A stretch of DNA of 53,404 nucleotides, filler included, from Catajapyx aquilonaris (Eukaryota), in assembly GCA_000934665.2 (NCBI GenBank). It is 2 parts of 2 records of this genome, joined end to end, with 100 filler letters (N's around TTAATTAATTAA, not from the genome) between each part and the next. Parts side by side here need not be neighbours in the genome. Positions count along the whole stretch, not along the records: positions 1 to 26,718 come from JYFJ02005182.1; 1 more part is not named here. One strand, written 5' to 3'. Positions 11,973 to 26,818 of this stretch are shown piece after piece (the first letter of the stretch is position 1; each line of letters begins with the position of its first letter). The notes under the pieces were generated by a model. It had not been told where the DNA came from. It searched no databases and worked only from the letters and a program-made list of their open reading frames with translations. The position numbers were made by a program, and so were the translations under genes.

Positions 11973-14900
11973 AGTTGTAGTCTACAGGGATTACCAGTAG
12001 GTCGTGGCATATAGGCAATCTTAGTTCATATTTCAGTTGCAAGTGTGCTGGGAAGATGTCATGGTGACAGATAAAGTGACCGCATAATGCTGCATTGCAA
12101 TTCAGTCAATGCGACGACAATAAGCCTTGGTAACACTTTCAGTTTCAGTATGCCGTTTGAGGAAATGCCTATCACTCTGGGCGCCACTACGTCGAGCTAC
12201 AAGTTTGTTTGAATGCTCGGCTGAAAAGACTCCGTGCGCTTAGTTCTACTGCGTAGAAAAGTCATAAATTCCTCAAGTACCTCAATCTGCATAGGAACTG
12301 GTTGTATTATGCCGATCGATAGGATTTAAGCCACTTGCAGTAAATGGCAGGTGTATAATTTGAGGCTACGAATAATATTAGAGTGTGTGGGTGGCCCAGT
12401 GTAACTCACGTAATGCCGTGTGAGTATGTGTGAGGGAAAGGCGTGGGATGTTCAAATACAATAGTGGAAACTACCTTTAACCCCTGTTTGTGCAGGTGTT
12501 GGCGTGAACCGCACCTGCGACTGCAAAAAATGACTGTTCTCGTTGCCATTTTATTGAGTGCGATCTCGTGAGAATTACAGGTAACACAGGTTATTCATGG
12601 AATTGCCCACTTGTGTGATCCAGTGTATAATGTGCTGGTTGATTATGTGATCTTTGATCCTGAGTAACTCGAAGTGCCGGTTTTATTCGCGCCAATTAAG
12701 AAGGAAATCTCCGATTACACGGATTAGGTATTGTGAGTTCATTTAAAGGTAATCACAGTGGATAATTCGGCATAAAATGTTGGGGAGTTAGATCTTTTTA
12801 TAAGCAGTTTCATTTAGCAGAAAAATTAACAAAAATAACAAGCTACGATTTGCCATCCTATAAATTATATAGGGTAGCATAGAAAATGTTGTACATGTGT
12901 TGGCAACATTGCCTATTTACGATTTGTTTCATTATCTAGTAGTATGAAGGGAGCACTATGTGTGGTTTGTATATTGGCATAGCTAAAGGTTCGGTTATTG
13001 TTGGCGGTTGTTTGTAATTGCTGTTTAGGTTGCGCGTCCACTGTTGTCGGGAATGTGTCCAAAATGTAATGACGTTTTTTCTGTATTTCATACTTACAAA
13101 ATAGGGTCGTTATTTCAGCCACGAGGCCATACTGAAACAACAATATAAAGCAGGGTGAAATTATACCGTCAATAATTCTCAAATCTACAACTTTTTCGTC
13201 CGAGTCGAGACTATAGAAATTCATGTCTCAGTTTTTGTTACAAAACGAAGTAGCCGTACCCCCAAACTTTTGAAATCGAATCATGATGATAAATCAATTT
13301 TGTCCAGTCTGGACCAGTAGTTTCATCATTATGATTCGCTTCAACCAAAGTTGTTAGATATTACTCTACAGTTTCAGTTACCTGCTACGCCATATGCATT
13401 TGGAAAATATTTTTAGATTCTCCTTACATTTGTGGAAATTACTGCGCAACTAACCAGAGTCACCTGCAGAGTTCCTAGAAATTGTCCAAGGAGATTTATG
13501 GAGTGCATAATTAGGCCGGTAACTGCATCCAGCCTGCTTTGAGCGCAAACAGATGAGCCCCATTAATTTTGTGCACTTGACTTTGGCAAGTGTGGATGTT
13601 TACTTTAATAGTTCACAAATATCTCTAGAAGTTTCAGTAATTCTGACCTTGAGGACCTATTAAGTAATAGACTACAAACATTTAGCCGGACCTCCTATAA
13701 CTGGAAAGATAACCAAATGCTGATTCCATGATGTCCTTCCAGGCAACAGGAAACTCCCGGCAATAAACTTTGACCTGAATGCAGGCTAATTTTCAACAGG
13801 CTTCCTACACCAGCGTTCACGCCTGCTGAAATATTTACGCCTCAAACTTCCGCTCAACTATGCTCATCAGTCGGCTTAGTTTAAATGCCGCTTAATTACA
13901 ACACTTTCCTCTCCAAACGGGCCTTATTGTGCCACAGGACATAGAAGTCGCTGCATAGGTGCGGGATTTCCCACCGTATAATTAGGCTTTGGGCAGAATT
14001 TTGGTCCTGCGAACCGGATAAGATTGGGGCTGGAGAGAAGTTTTGCCTTTAATGAGAAAACCGGGTGTCTGAACATGAAAAGTACGGAGTGGTATTGCCC
14101 CAAGTGTGGTATGCGACATCAGTATTCGGTCGCGTGGCATGCTTTGCAACACCTTCGGTTCGTGTAGCTCCGGGTTTACCGCCGGATTGCAAATGGGACA
14201 GGTTTCTGCAGTCCGATGAACCTCGAAAGTCGAGGGTTACCGCTAACAAAGTACAGAATTGCAATGTACTCGCCCAAGAATGCAATTCAAAGAACATGTA
14301 TTTGCATCAACTGAGAGTAGCTAAAATTTATAGTGAATTGGCAGGCAATGTGCATTAATTAAATTTTGACACGATGCTATTTTTGGTAAGGTTCATAATT
14401 ATCGGGTGGTCCATACATGTGGTCATAAAAAATTATTGTGCAAGAGTGCGATGAAACCAGGATGTGTTAACTGAATTTTTTTGCTATTTTCAGCAGACTT
14501 GCCATGTTCAGTGCAAGGCTGTAGACTCATGCATATCAAATTGTCATTTTCCCTCGGGCGCTGCCTTCATTCGCGATACATGTGGCGGGAACCGTCTGAA
14601 GTTTGCATGCTTGTTAAAAATTCAGGCATCGCATAGTAAAACCTATACGACTACTCATGTGATTAGAGGATGCACATGTTTGCTGTGCAAACCAAGATAT
14701 TGCATGTTTTAGAGCTTCTTCAGTTGAAGGGCGGGCTAGCAAGGTTTGGAATTAGATTTTTTTATGGGATAAGCTGTAAAATGTCTAGGTACATGAGATT
14801 ACATCTTCCAATCAGCCCACGTTACATAAGCTCAATGAGAATGTCACGTTTAGAGCAGAGCTCACATAATGCAAGCCACTGTTATCTCTCTTTTTTGTTA

Positions 14901-17900
14901 AAAAAAAATAGCGTTCCTATTCAGAATTTTGATCCGAAGGATAGACGAAAAGGAAATTGGAGCGTCTCTGATGCCTGAACTTTAACAACGTGTAGTGAAT
15001 GTAAATTTTCCGATTTGCTTCAGAAGCCAGATGATAGCGGGATAATCTATTGATAATAGACCTACTTAAATGTAGGTCCCTGTTGATATCCTACATAAGC
15101 ACATGCTATATAAACTTTTCCATTTGTTTACGATGCTGCATCGTATGTTGCATCGATCTCTTTTTTTAAATTTTTTTTTGAGATCAGTGGTTTGTATAAT
15201 ATCGCAGTTGATACGCATTGTAGACTCGATTATTATTGATCGCAGAGAGGTTTCATTGGTAATGTCAGTAAACTAAAGCTTATTTTTCAGCTCTCTAATG
15301 TGCCAAACTCTTAGACCGATAGAACCGAAGAACTTCTTTGAGAATGACAGATTATTTTATATGAAAGCGTATGACTGCTTGAGCCTGATATTATATCTTT
15401 AGAATTTCCTTATCCTTTTCACCCGATCTCTTTCAGATATTTTTCAACCTAATTTCTATGGGTGTTGAAAGCGTAGGATTTTGATGAATGATAACTGTTT
15501 ATAACGCTTGGAGTGTTCTTCCTTTTTGAAGACTCATAATAACAATAGTCAGCGCTAGTTTCTTTTCAACTCATTTGATTTGGGTTTGAAATACGCAAAA
15601 GAAGCAGGAAGATTGTGACGTGTAATCATATTTAGAGCTTTTTTCTATCCAATCAGATTAGACATATTATAAAGGGGTGGTATTTTTTACTGTAACATCG
15701 TGACAGTTTTACGTAGTGCTAGAGACTCGGCATAACCGACTACAAAGTTTTGCTGTGAGATACTGTATGTGGAGTTGCCGGATTTAACGGCCTATCTTGA
15801 GCCACGTGGTGTACTGTGCGTGAGAGGAAGCACTAGGTTATTATTACAATGTCTGGCATGTTCAATTTGCATTTTGGGGCGTCGTATTTTGGAATGTTGC
15901 ATATATAACTGTAATTAAAGCTGATTAAATGTTATTAATGCTCTCAGTATAGCCGCATGTTACCCATCGTTGCATTTAAAATATAACTAAAAATAATTAA
16001 ATTGTAATCAGTAACAAGGTTAATATTACACAGTGGCATTGCCATTTTAAAACAACATTGTCCAAAATGAATTAATTTCGCGGTAATGCCTAATGGCAAA
16101 TGTTGATTTCACAGTTTATTGAACAAATTTTCTGTTCAGTTTGTGAAACAAATGACTCATAGCCTGCATCAAAGAGCTTAATACTAGTATTAAGCTCTTT
16201 GGCCTGCATAAAACAGAGGGATTTTTTTGGGCTATTTGTTGTCAAGCAAGTTGGCGAACACTGAACCTCCAGCCGCTCACCCAAAACACAACAACATTGG
16301 ACAAAATTCTGCCATTCAGCTGCCACTCTCCCTGATATTGAATATTTTTTGCGCTTCTGGCAACAGGTTGGTGTTCACCACTTATCACACACCAAGATAG
16401 CCAGAGCCGTACGAATATAAAAACCGCATTGCCATGCACTGTACAAAGCATGTTGAATAATTTTCACTGTTTACAAACTATCCCATTAATTTTTTTTGGA
16501 GCTTAAGTCGGTTTCATCCCTATGTGCGAAGCAGGGCTTTGATGGCGAAAAATTTCCAGATGCAAATGAAACAACCCTGATAAGAGCGTGGGATAAGGTG
16601 GCTCTGAATTTGCTCCAAAGAAAATGATGGCAAAGTGAGAAAGTGCAGGACAGGATACAAATGCGATTTTGCTCGCTTGCAGATCTCTGCATTTACATAC
16701 GACAGAGTCGAGAGCAAGAAAAAACGGTGAATAAATTGTCAGAGTGTATTGAGATGGCTGACGTTAGTTTCCACAGGCGAGGGAGGCCTGATTTATGGCC
16801 AGGAAATTCCGGATGTTTTACGGGCCTAAAAGTTCGCAGTGTCGCTCACCTCCGTGGGTTTTATCATACGTTCCGCACATCGGATCAAACCAATGGAAGC
16901 TTACAATATCCGGAAAATGTCTTTTTGTTCAGGAATTTGTTTTTTCACCAAAAATTAGGTTTTACGCTTAAATGTCCTACAAGTTTCATCATAAAACTAA
17001 CATGCTGCAAAAATTTGCATGATATTGATTTTTTAATGCCATATTTTTCACAAACATGCTGGCTTCTCTTATAATAAGCCTGCACTTGTTATGCTAACGG
17101 GTATATGAACTCTGTAGTACTTCATCCGAATAACATGTTAGGATCAGACCTCCCTTGTGCGAATTTTTGAACTTTTGAAAGGTCTCAAAGCGTTTGGTGA
17201 TGTGTAATCGAAGAGTAATTGATGATTTGGATTCCATTTGCATTCGCCTTGTGGTCCATGAAGCACTTTGTCATCCACTGACAGCTCCTTGGGGTATCGA
17301 TCATGCATAGCACGACAGAGAATTCGGTGATCGCGGATGGGAAGATGAGCCCCAAAAAACCTGCTCCAAATTTTATGATTCATGAGGCCTTGGCCAATAT
17401 CCACCATGTGTAGCCTTCTGCGAAACAACGTCCCATTTCTTAGAAAAAGTGCTGGATTGGAATTCAGAATATGGTAGAAAAACATATAGGCATATGTAAC
17501 ATAATTTAATTATTGAAGTTTGAATCAGCCAAAAGCGATTTCTGTAGTTTCTGACCAGCCTGTACACAAATGCCATTTTACTCCTTTATAACCAATTAAA
17601 TGCTAAGTGTAATAGTTCTCTCATCATTCACATCCTGCAACTACATGGTGCCACTTACTCCACAATATTCCCCCGGAACTGAGCCCAGCCCGGTTCCTCT
17701 TCCGGCGGCCCCGAGAAATGAAGTCCCAAAAGGGTGATATTCTCGAAATGAGCCAGAGAGTGAGCAGTAACTGCCTAGATGAGCTCGTGAACTAAAAAGA
17801 GGCAGCCTAAAAATGAGCTCTTGGTGGTCTAGTGGGTGTGTTTCCCCCGTTGGCCATTTCCATACTAGAGCAGGTGGTAGCGTCGACAACTCCAACCAAG

Positions 17901-18814
17901 AGAGACCAAATCAGCGGAACTTTTGTGAGGTGTCGTGAATCACTAGGCAACGCGCGTAAAAAGACACGTGGTGAATGTGTGAGTCTAGGGTGGGAGCCAA
18001 GTCATGTCTGGACTGCTGATTTATAGGTGCTGGGGAGGAGAAAATGGGGGCTATTTGTTGGAAAAAAGGGTTAATTTCTCCGGAAGTTCACGGTGGCCAA
18101 TTGGAGCAATTATGCAAGGCAAGTAGTGTGGAATGAAAGACAATCGGGTTCGTTATAATTATGGTGAGATTCTAATGACAGGGTTATTAATTAATGTTTC
18201 TGTTGAGATTTTGCACTAAAGGCTCGTTTACACGAGGCCGCTGCATGCAACATGCAGATTTGCGAAACATGGATGATTTTTGATGCAGTGTTATGCGTAC
18301 TTGGTGCATAAAATGATAACGATCGTAAAGATTAACCTGGCTGATGTAATGATGGGAAGTGTTGACTTAATTACACATTGTTGAGTTTATGTGCAGTATT
18401 TGGAGGACAGGGAAAATGATGCGGCCTGTATGATGCTCAGTTGGCTGTATGTGATACTTTGTTAATTAAATTAGCCAAATGTTTTTGTATTCAGCAAGGC
18501 CACAAAATGATGCTGTGGATTTTCAAACAATATTTTAGGTTGGCCCCTGAAGCACTATTTTTAATGCCCAGTGTCGAGACACTGTAGCTGCCAAAATAAA
18601 CAAAGCTGAGGAATTTAATACAATGTTATTCGCGCTGTTATTGTCCCAATGTGAGTAATAAATTACTTGCAGATTGCCAGAAATGACGTGCTCTTCCACT
18701 AAAGCTAATACATCGGTGCATTATTTTTTAAACTCATATTCTTGCACATACAGTATATAGGCAAAGGAATTATTGTCACCAGTATTTATCAACTGAGATA
18801 TATTGCAATTAGGA

Positions 18815-19155
18815 GGGGGAGGCACGGTGGCCGAGATGGTAACGTCTCGGCTTGCTATGCGAAAGGTCCCGGGTTCAAATCCCCACCCGGGAACAAACCT
18901 TTCGCTTGCGTCAATGGGTCGTGACCCGCGCCTAAGGAGGCGTCTTGGCAACCTGACCTCCTGGGGGACTGCACCTGGCCCACCGCTGGACAATGCACCT
19001 GCACTTGTGTCCCCTCCCCAAAATCCCCAACCCTTACCCAATTTCCTAGTACTCCTTGCACCGGTGAACGAAGAAAAAAAATACTGAAAACTGGTGGTGG
19101 AATGCCACCCCCCAAATAGGCCCTTGACGCCTGGCACGGGGTAAAAAAAAAAAAA
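18815..19155 (+). mobile_element. Full-length tRNA-derived SINE with poly(A) tail and 10-bp TSD
   Basis: Box A-like GGTGGCCGAGATGG and box B-like GGTTCAAATCC in a tRNA-like head, an A13 tail at 19143-19155, and TSD GCAATTAGGA at 18805-18814 and 19156-19165. Confidence 0.92.
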
Positions 19156-20835
19156 GCAATTAGGATGATTTAGTTATAACATAAGAACATTGCATTCTTA
19201 CAGAATTAAGAATATTTTCTGCCACACAGTTTACCCTTTTATTCCCAAATATTTAATATGCAAGAGATAAAATTAAAATGGCAATTTGCCATCATTAGAG
19301 GTTCCAGCAGTTAACCCATAAAATATAATAATTTGACAATATCTTTAAAATCAACAGTTTTACAGAATGCTGTCATATGGCTACAGTGGAAACATACCGG
19401 TATTTTGTGTGTATGGCCACAAAGATTCCATCCAGCGTATACCAGTAGAGAAGATGCCCGTTGTAGCCATAACATTGCAACAGTCAATTTTCCCACCATA
19501 TTTTCGCAGGCCGTTTGCTCCGATATCGTTCCTTCCATTTTACATTCCAGTAAGTAACAAGAATGTCGAATTGTCAAAGCTCATTAACGCCACTAAAACT
19601 ACTGGTATAATAATAATATAATGTCAGATCTGTAATTAAATCAGGCTCGACAAACGACAGCTCTAGAGACGAGGTGATATCAAGTGCGTCCTTGGTCCCT
19701 CTCTTTATACGATAAAGCCTGTTAGGTCATCATTGGTAGAGATGATAGATTGATGAGATCCATTCATTTCACTTCAATTTGCAATCTACTCCGCATTTAA
19801 TCGCGTTTTTTCCCCTTGCACCGGTCCGGATTTTTAGGATTTTTAGGCCCACATTTTGGCGCCAATTTGAGGGCTAATCTCAGGTGAGCCAAACCCTCTC
19901 TGGATTCGATTGCTTTCGGCATATATAAGGAAATCACATTCGCTCAGATAGCCCGTTGATGAATTATTCATTAGTGCTGGAGTTCAGCCAGACCAATCAA
20001 GTTGGCCATCGATTTATTGGAATGGCAACGCTGTATATATTGCTTGTCGTATCGATGGTAAAAATTAATGATTATTCGATGGCCCTACATTTAATGGCAC
20101 GGACCATTGTTGGAATTTGTTTAATTTCAACAGGCAAGTTATATATGGTGTGTGTGTATATATAAATGGACCCTTACTATAGTATATCAATATGTGTCAG
20201 GTTTGCATAACACTCCTGATCAAACATGGCTTAATTTTACACAAAGGATATACCATTTTAACAATAATTACGCCCACGCAGTACAATGCACTTGAACCTT
20301 GTTAGCATAATTGACTATTAACGGCGTTGCAATATGAGGATATGTTTTGAAATATTGCAGCCATACCGGTAACTATTGATATACTCCCTTGACGTCAGTT
20401 TGTGTTATGCCGGAAAATGCCTGTGGGAGGAAGGTTAAACGATGTTAACTGCTTGCCAAGCGCTCTAATGGACCGTGAAATCCGACAGCATTTCATGGAA
20501 CCGTAGCACACTCAAAATCCTATATAAACTTACAACCTATAGGGATTACCTCAGTGGATCCTCAGCTGATCAAATACCCTATACCCCCGTCTTTCATGGG
20601 AGCATTTCAGGAGATGGGGGTTCAAGGAGTAATGGATAACGTCCAATATCCTGCCATTCCTCGATCAAATTAACTCTAGAATCGTCGCATTTATGGAACA
20701 CTTCCTGCGAACCTCCCTACAAAATATATTTCAAATCTATTGAAACTGCAACTTGAATTAAATACTACTCAAAATAATTTAATTGCTACAATTAATTTGT
20801 TAAATTGGCATCTTTAGTCATAGAGTACACTCAAC

Positions 20836-20836
20836 A

Positions 20837-20908
<72 letters not shown>
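20836..20908. repeat. (AAT)n microsatellite
   Basis: About 24 uninterrupted AAT units. Confidence 0.98.
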
Positions 20909-20909
<1 letters not shown>

Positions 20910-23900
20910 CGATGGCATGGTATACAAGCTGCTGCAATGTAACCACATTTCATTTATTTGTGCATGTCAATCCCTCCACACAGTCCTTCACCACATGTAA
21001 GAGGTGACAGTTGCAATTCTGAAGTTAACCCCTTTTGAAATGGCCCAGCTCAGCATTGTGGTGCTTTACAAGCCGCGAAATCTGCAAAAGGTCGCTGGCA
21101 GACGTCTAATCCGCTCTGAAGGGGGCAGGATTAACAAGTCAATTCCAAAACCGTGGATTTCATTTTAATGCCACTCCAAAATGCCACCAAGTATGCAGAT
21201 TGAGACTGAAATCCCTGCTGGCTGGAGGTTCGTTCAACTTGTCACACCCTCAGTGGGAAGGGTTGGTTGGCAGCAATTTTTTTGTGTCCCCCATTTTGCA
21301 TCCGATGTTGGCTACACACACTGCGAATCAACTCCATTGCGGTCCCTCTAATTCAATACAGCAAGAATACGATTAAGCCATCAGACGCGCCTCAGAGCGT
21401 TCATCGCAGCCCATTCCATTCCAAATCCTCTCCGACGCCCCATTTTACCCCCAGTAATGGAGTCCGAAATGACGCGCGGAATTCAATCCGAACCATGGAG
21501 AGAGGGGGGAGAATTCCGACCTTTCCACACTCCCCCGTCACCATCCTCTCATCCAACCATGCCCATCCCCAAACACCTACTATCATTTGGCACTAAGCAA
21601 GAGTAAACAGGCCCGAGGCCGTTACCCCATCCGGCGGCACGTTTTTACATGCTTTTCGCATGTTCAATTATGGGAGCATTCAATATCAAATACAGGTATC
21701 ATCAAGTTGCAGTTGTTTACAGGGAATTATTTATCTCGTATATTATCAAGTGCTGATTGAGTTGGGGCCACTATATGGTTATGGATGGACACCTGTGCGG
21801 TAGAAAAGAGCATTCGGAGAGGAGCTTTTTATGGAAATGTAGCGGTTTTATACTGGCAGTGTCATTATTAATTTTTATGCAAATATGACCGAAACACAAT
21901 CATGCCCGGCAACGCATATAATGCTGGGCATAGTCCCCAATGTTTGCAAAAGGGACATCACGTTGCCTGCAGAACTGCACTGAGAAATAAATATTGCATT
22001 TAGGGACTGCAACATTTACTTTGTTTGACATTGCTGTGAGAATAGGACGGTATGTACAGTGCATTGCACCACCCTTTCTGGCCCATATATATTGGCAGAC
22101 ATTTGACAACTTCATTTTCACGCAGTTTCCTCTTCATCACCATCGTTTCTTGCATCATTAAAGCGACGAATATTTTTGAATATTTTTGAAGGTGAAAGAT
22201 GATATCCATTAATAAGTTACCTTCCAACTATAGGGTGCAGTTTGACAGAAATGAAATACTGCCTTGCGTTTGCACTCACTCCATTAGCACTTGCTGCAAG
22301 TCTATTTTGATCCATTTTATACACCGTGTGCCGCCGGTGCTGCACATTATATATACAGCCACAAAGACATGACGCAATACACCAAGAGGCATCACTCTTG
22401 CGTCTGAAGAGAAGTAAAACTAGTTCTACAATAAGTAACAAGAACAGCTTTGCAACCAGGGCGTGTCAGATGGGCTTTAAAAGCACCCTAGAATGGACAC
22501 CTTGAGGCAGCAAGCTCTTTGGGGGCTGTGATGAGAATATTCACAGTTGCTTGATTGAGCAAGTAATGGAGTCTGGGAAGAGACCTTTGGGGGCCTGAAA
22601 ATGGTTGGAGGGGACCTCTTCGAAGCAACTTTCTCAGCAAAATCACCGCCCCTTCCCTTCTTCTTTTTTTAAAAGGAATCAATACAAGTTCCCTATAGGC
22701 GAGAGCTTGGCTCCAAACAGAAACCTCCAAATAAGATTACCGGATCCTAACATCCGTGGTTTTTCCTATAGGTTTTGCCATAATTTAGAACTATTTAATT
22801 GCAAATTTATTATACTCAAATTGCACATTTGACTCAACTATGCAATAATGTTCAGAGATGGTGTCCATAGTATGTGAAGATATTCGGAGCACAAAGCCAG
22901 CACTGTACTACCATGCAAGAGACGCCTTTACCACTCTTGTATCTCCCAATCAAACCGCTCGTTTGGCTTTAGACAAGAGGGAAAGAAATTGTCATTTCGA
23001 GCCTTGTTTGAAAAGCTCGAATCCTCCCTCGGATCAGGCCCGTATGGATGTAATTCCCATGTGTATACAGTACACACAGCATACACGCCTTGTCTGCTTG
23101 GTTCCGAGTTTAAGAAATTGAGTTAGCATTGTCGAGATTGACGCCGGTACCACTGTTGACCCGATTAAATCTGGCACCAAAGTACATAAAAGCAACCCCC
23201 ACGCAAACAACAGCGAGTGGCTGCGGAGTTATCTCTCTCTTGTGGCCAGACTCACACAGACATTTCCTGAGTGCTGAATCCACAAACACTAGCCTTATTA
23301 TGCACCTGTGTTTTCCCCTAACCTCAAGCCGATTTCATGTGCAAAATTTGGCGGTGGCATGTAACACTGGGGAATACCCACCATATCAATATTAGGTGCT
23401 AATAGTGACTGTAATTAATTGAGGAATACGTGTGTGTTAATAACTGTTAATATGTTATGGGGCTATTCTTGTTTATGGCCGATTAATCCGGGAGATCCCC
23501 CAAATGGTGGAATTTTCGTTTTCAGTTGGATGAAAGTTGGAGGATGCAACATTGATGTAACATTCATAATTTTCACTTTTTCCCATGAATTTGTTTAGTA
23601 ATTCACTCTAACATGTTTACTACCCTTCATGTTCATTCACACCAAAATTATGCGCATGAAGTTAACTATCGCTGGCTGTTGCTGTTTGAAAATTGTGTGA
23701 TTCAACAAAAAGGTTCGTTTCAGTCCAAAAAAACAACAACTCTGGAGCAAAAATGACCTCGTGCAAAATTGTTTCTGTTATATGGCTGCATCGCTCATAA
23801 ACAGGTGCAGGGTTATAAAGTTACCTCTCATCACAGAGGCAGGATTTTGGGCATGCCCTAGGGAGGTACCAGCAGAGTGCATGGGGTTTTGAGATTTTCC

Positions 23901-26718
23901 TACAGTAGTTTGCTGGGGGTGCGTCATTGGACTCGGTTCTCGAGCACTTGTTGCGCAACTCTCATGGGAATCCACCTCAATCTCGACCCCTCTGCTCTTT
24001 TACCTTGCATCAAAAAAGATTTGCACTGCCCATCTTCTTCAGCTGCTTTTCGACAGATTTTTCTGGAGTAGTTTCCGTACAGGACATCCAGGCACGTTAA
24101 AAGTTGCAGGCCATGTAAGGGATTGAGAAACATACTAGTTTAATTATCCAGTTGACAACCCACATGTGCGCACATAGCCCTAAAGACTCATCCAACTCTA
24201 TGAAATTTTGATCCAAATTGACTTGGCATTATAATTGGAGATCATCCTAGTGTAGTCTATGCTCTAAGAGCTTGTCAAAATAAAAAAAAGGTTCATTTGG
24301 CGCCCTAATTAGCCCAGTTAATTATTTTTGCTGGAGTCTATAATTACAGCCCTCTGGAGTTTCTCCAAATCAGATTAAAGAGAGAGGTGCCATTTTGCAA
24401 CTAAGCGCCTCGCATGTGACAACCATTAAATTATCTTGTTAAAAAAAACCTTGCTTGCCATCCCTGTTTACTTAGCCATGCATGAATAATCCTGGGGATT
24501 ACCTGGCCGGTGTTGAAAAGGGCGACAAAATCAAACTGGCAGGATATATAGGTTCTATATGATGCCAGGCTATTATTGCAGAACTGTTGTGATTAAAGTC
24601 TCACTTCAGATCGTCATAATGTGAGGGACATTTTTTAAATATTTTTAGAGTCAGCTCCTGTGACATTTGATTTAACACGACACACCTGGCTAACATGATA
24701 GAATCCGAGTTTGCCATGCATATATGTGGTGTCTTCAGGGGGAGCCCAGCGTGACATGAGAATGCTTGGCCTCCTGCCCTGAGAACCCAGGGCATCAGTC
24801 CAAAAATCCGTCATTACCCTCTACTTCCGCTGCAGAAAATTGAGCCTGACTCGCATATATTATTAACCTTATTACCCCTTCATTTTTGCCCCATTCGGGA
24901 GCGACGCAAAGGGCCATTTCTTAACCCCAATGTGATGTGGCGAGAAAGGCCCGAGAAAAAAGTCGTCTCGTAAAGTACTATAAGGGCTTGGGCTGGAAGT
25001 TTATTAGCTCAGCTTTTGCATTGCCATGTACATTTTGCAGTCTAGAAAATGGTGGATTTTAGGGTTGCATCATGTAAGGTGACAAAGTGCGTAGGACAGT
25101 AGATGAAAAAAATATGTCCGGAGTGAAATGCGAAAGTAATCAAAGCTCAGCCTTTTCCTGCATGTGGGACCACGAACTGGGATCATAAGAGAATAATGGA
25201 CAGGGAGGCTATTTGCCCAGCTCTCCAGCCTCACCCTGGTCTCGAATCAAATCCAGCACAAATTAGCCCACGAACAAACACTCCAGCACGCCACCTGCGT
25301 TTTTTCAGTCTTTTGTCTTATGCTTCTGCGTTTCATCTCATATACTGTTTCACCGGCGATGGTTTTCCCACGCGAGTTCGCGATATGTAGGTATCGTATA
25401 GTTGGACAGTTTTTTGAGTGGGATGTAGCTGGATGATGGCACGCCAGCAGAGATAGACACTCTGCTGCTGGATTTCACAATTTCTGGGAATTTATAGGGG
25501 ATGGTTATAGATGTCCCTCCGGCCTCAGAATATGATGGGGGAACTTTGCCCTGGGTTCATTTCACTAGTACCTAATTGGTTTCATTACCAGTAATGTGGA
25601 CAAAGTGTAAGTTAATTTTCAAAGATTTGAGCCGATGTGTTTCCAGGCCTTTGAAATGCGTTACCTGATTAATGATAGTTTTGATCGGGAAGACTTCACT
25701 GTTTAAAAATTTAATTGTGCGCTATAAGTTCTTGACACTTTGCATAAATGAACAACCAAGAATAAGAGAAGCAACAATCACGAATGTGGTCCTGATTTTT
25801 GATTCCCTTTGAACTGATTGCGTAACATTTCATCTGGCTTTTGGTTAATGGTTCGTTGGTCACACAAGGGTATTACTAGTCGCACTGTATTTTCATTTTG
25901 TAATTGCCATATTGAAGAGTGTATAACGTGAGCACTCACGAGTCAGCACACACTTTCCGTATAACGTTCATGCTATTTTACATTTTTAATGCTTGGAATG
26001 TCCCCCAGCACGCTTTTATACGCAGCCCTTCTGCTTTTTCATCCCTTCAATAATTGAGGACGTGCTAAACGACCAAATGCATATGGACTCGTCGTCTATA
26101 CGTCAGGTGATCATTAGTTTTAAAAAGGTACAGAGCGGAGTGCATGACGGAATGCTATTATATGATTCCTCGCTAAATGCAATGAGATGAACAAAGTATT
26201 ACAATGCAATGTTAATCAGGGCACTTTAAAAATGGTTTACCTGCGCTTTACTATTGCATGCAGGATTTGAAGCGGTACTCCAGTTCATTAATATTGCATC
26301 TTTTTGTAAATCTTATTTTCTGCGAAGTAAGCTAGGATATGGGTCGATCTGGCTGGAATGGTAAGAGCTAATAATGGCGACAGTTAATTTATTGATAGAT
26401 ATGCAAATCTGCATCACTAAAAAGAAGTATAGTCTTTTATTCTTGCCTTCATCTGTCAGTTTTAGTAAATTACATAACTGTAGCATTACAGCATTAAAAA
26501 TAGTCGTTTTATAGGCGGAAGCCTGACTGTACTGGTACAGTACATTACACATGATGCGGAAGACGTCACTCTAGCGATAGTAGCATCCGTTCAGTTAGTT
26601 TTTTCTGGAACTGGTGTTTACTAACACCAGCTTTCATTGTTCCAATGAAAATAGACAGATACAGTACTTAATGCAGCGAGGTGAAAGATGAAGTAAAATA
26701 TCATGTTTTTGGTCAGAT

Positions 26719-26818
26719 NNNNNNNNNNNNNNNNNNNNNNNNNNNNNNNNNNNNNNNNNNNNTTAATTAATTAANNNNNNNNNNNNNNNNNNNNNNNNNN
26801 NNNNNNNNNNNNNNNNNN
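26719..26818. other. Assembly gap with artificial linker (N44-TTAATTAATTAA-N44)
   Basis: Exactly 100 nt. The central palindromic 12-mer places TAA stops in all six frames. Confidence 0.95.

Noticed and set aside
13270..13344. Short imperfect inverted repeat
   Set aside because: AT-rich ~20-bp arms with no TSD or second copy; may be chance or an old MITE scar.
18815..18895. tRNA gene (TGC anticodon-like loop)
   Set aside because: It is the head of a SINE: it continues into a body, a poly(A) tail and a TSD, and I see no proper acceptor stem.
2400..26700. Numerous 60-140 aa ORFs in the left half
   Set aside because: Apart from the 9694 exon, they show no recognisable domains, consistent splice structure or coding-like composition.
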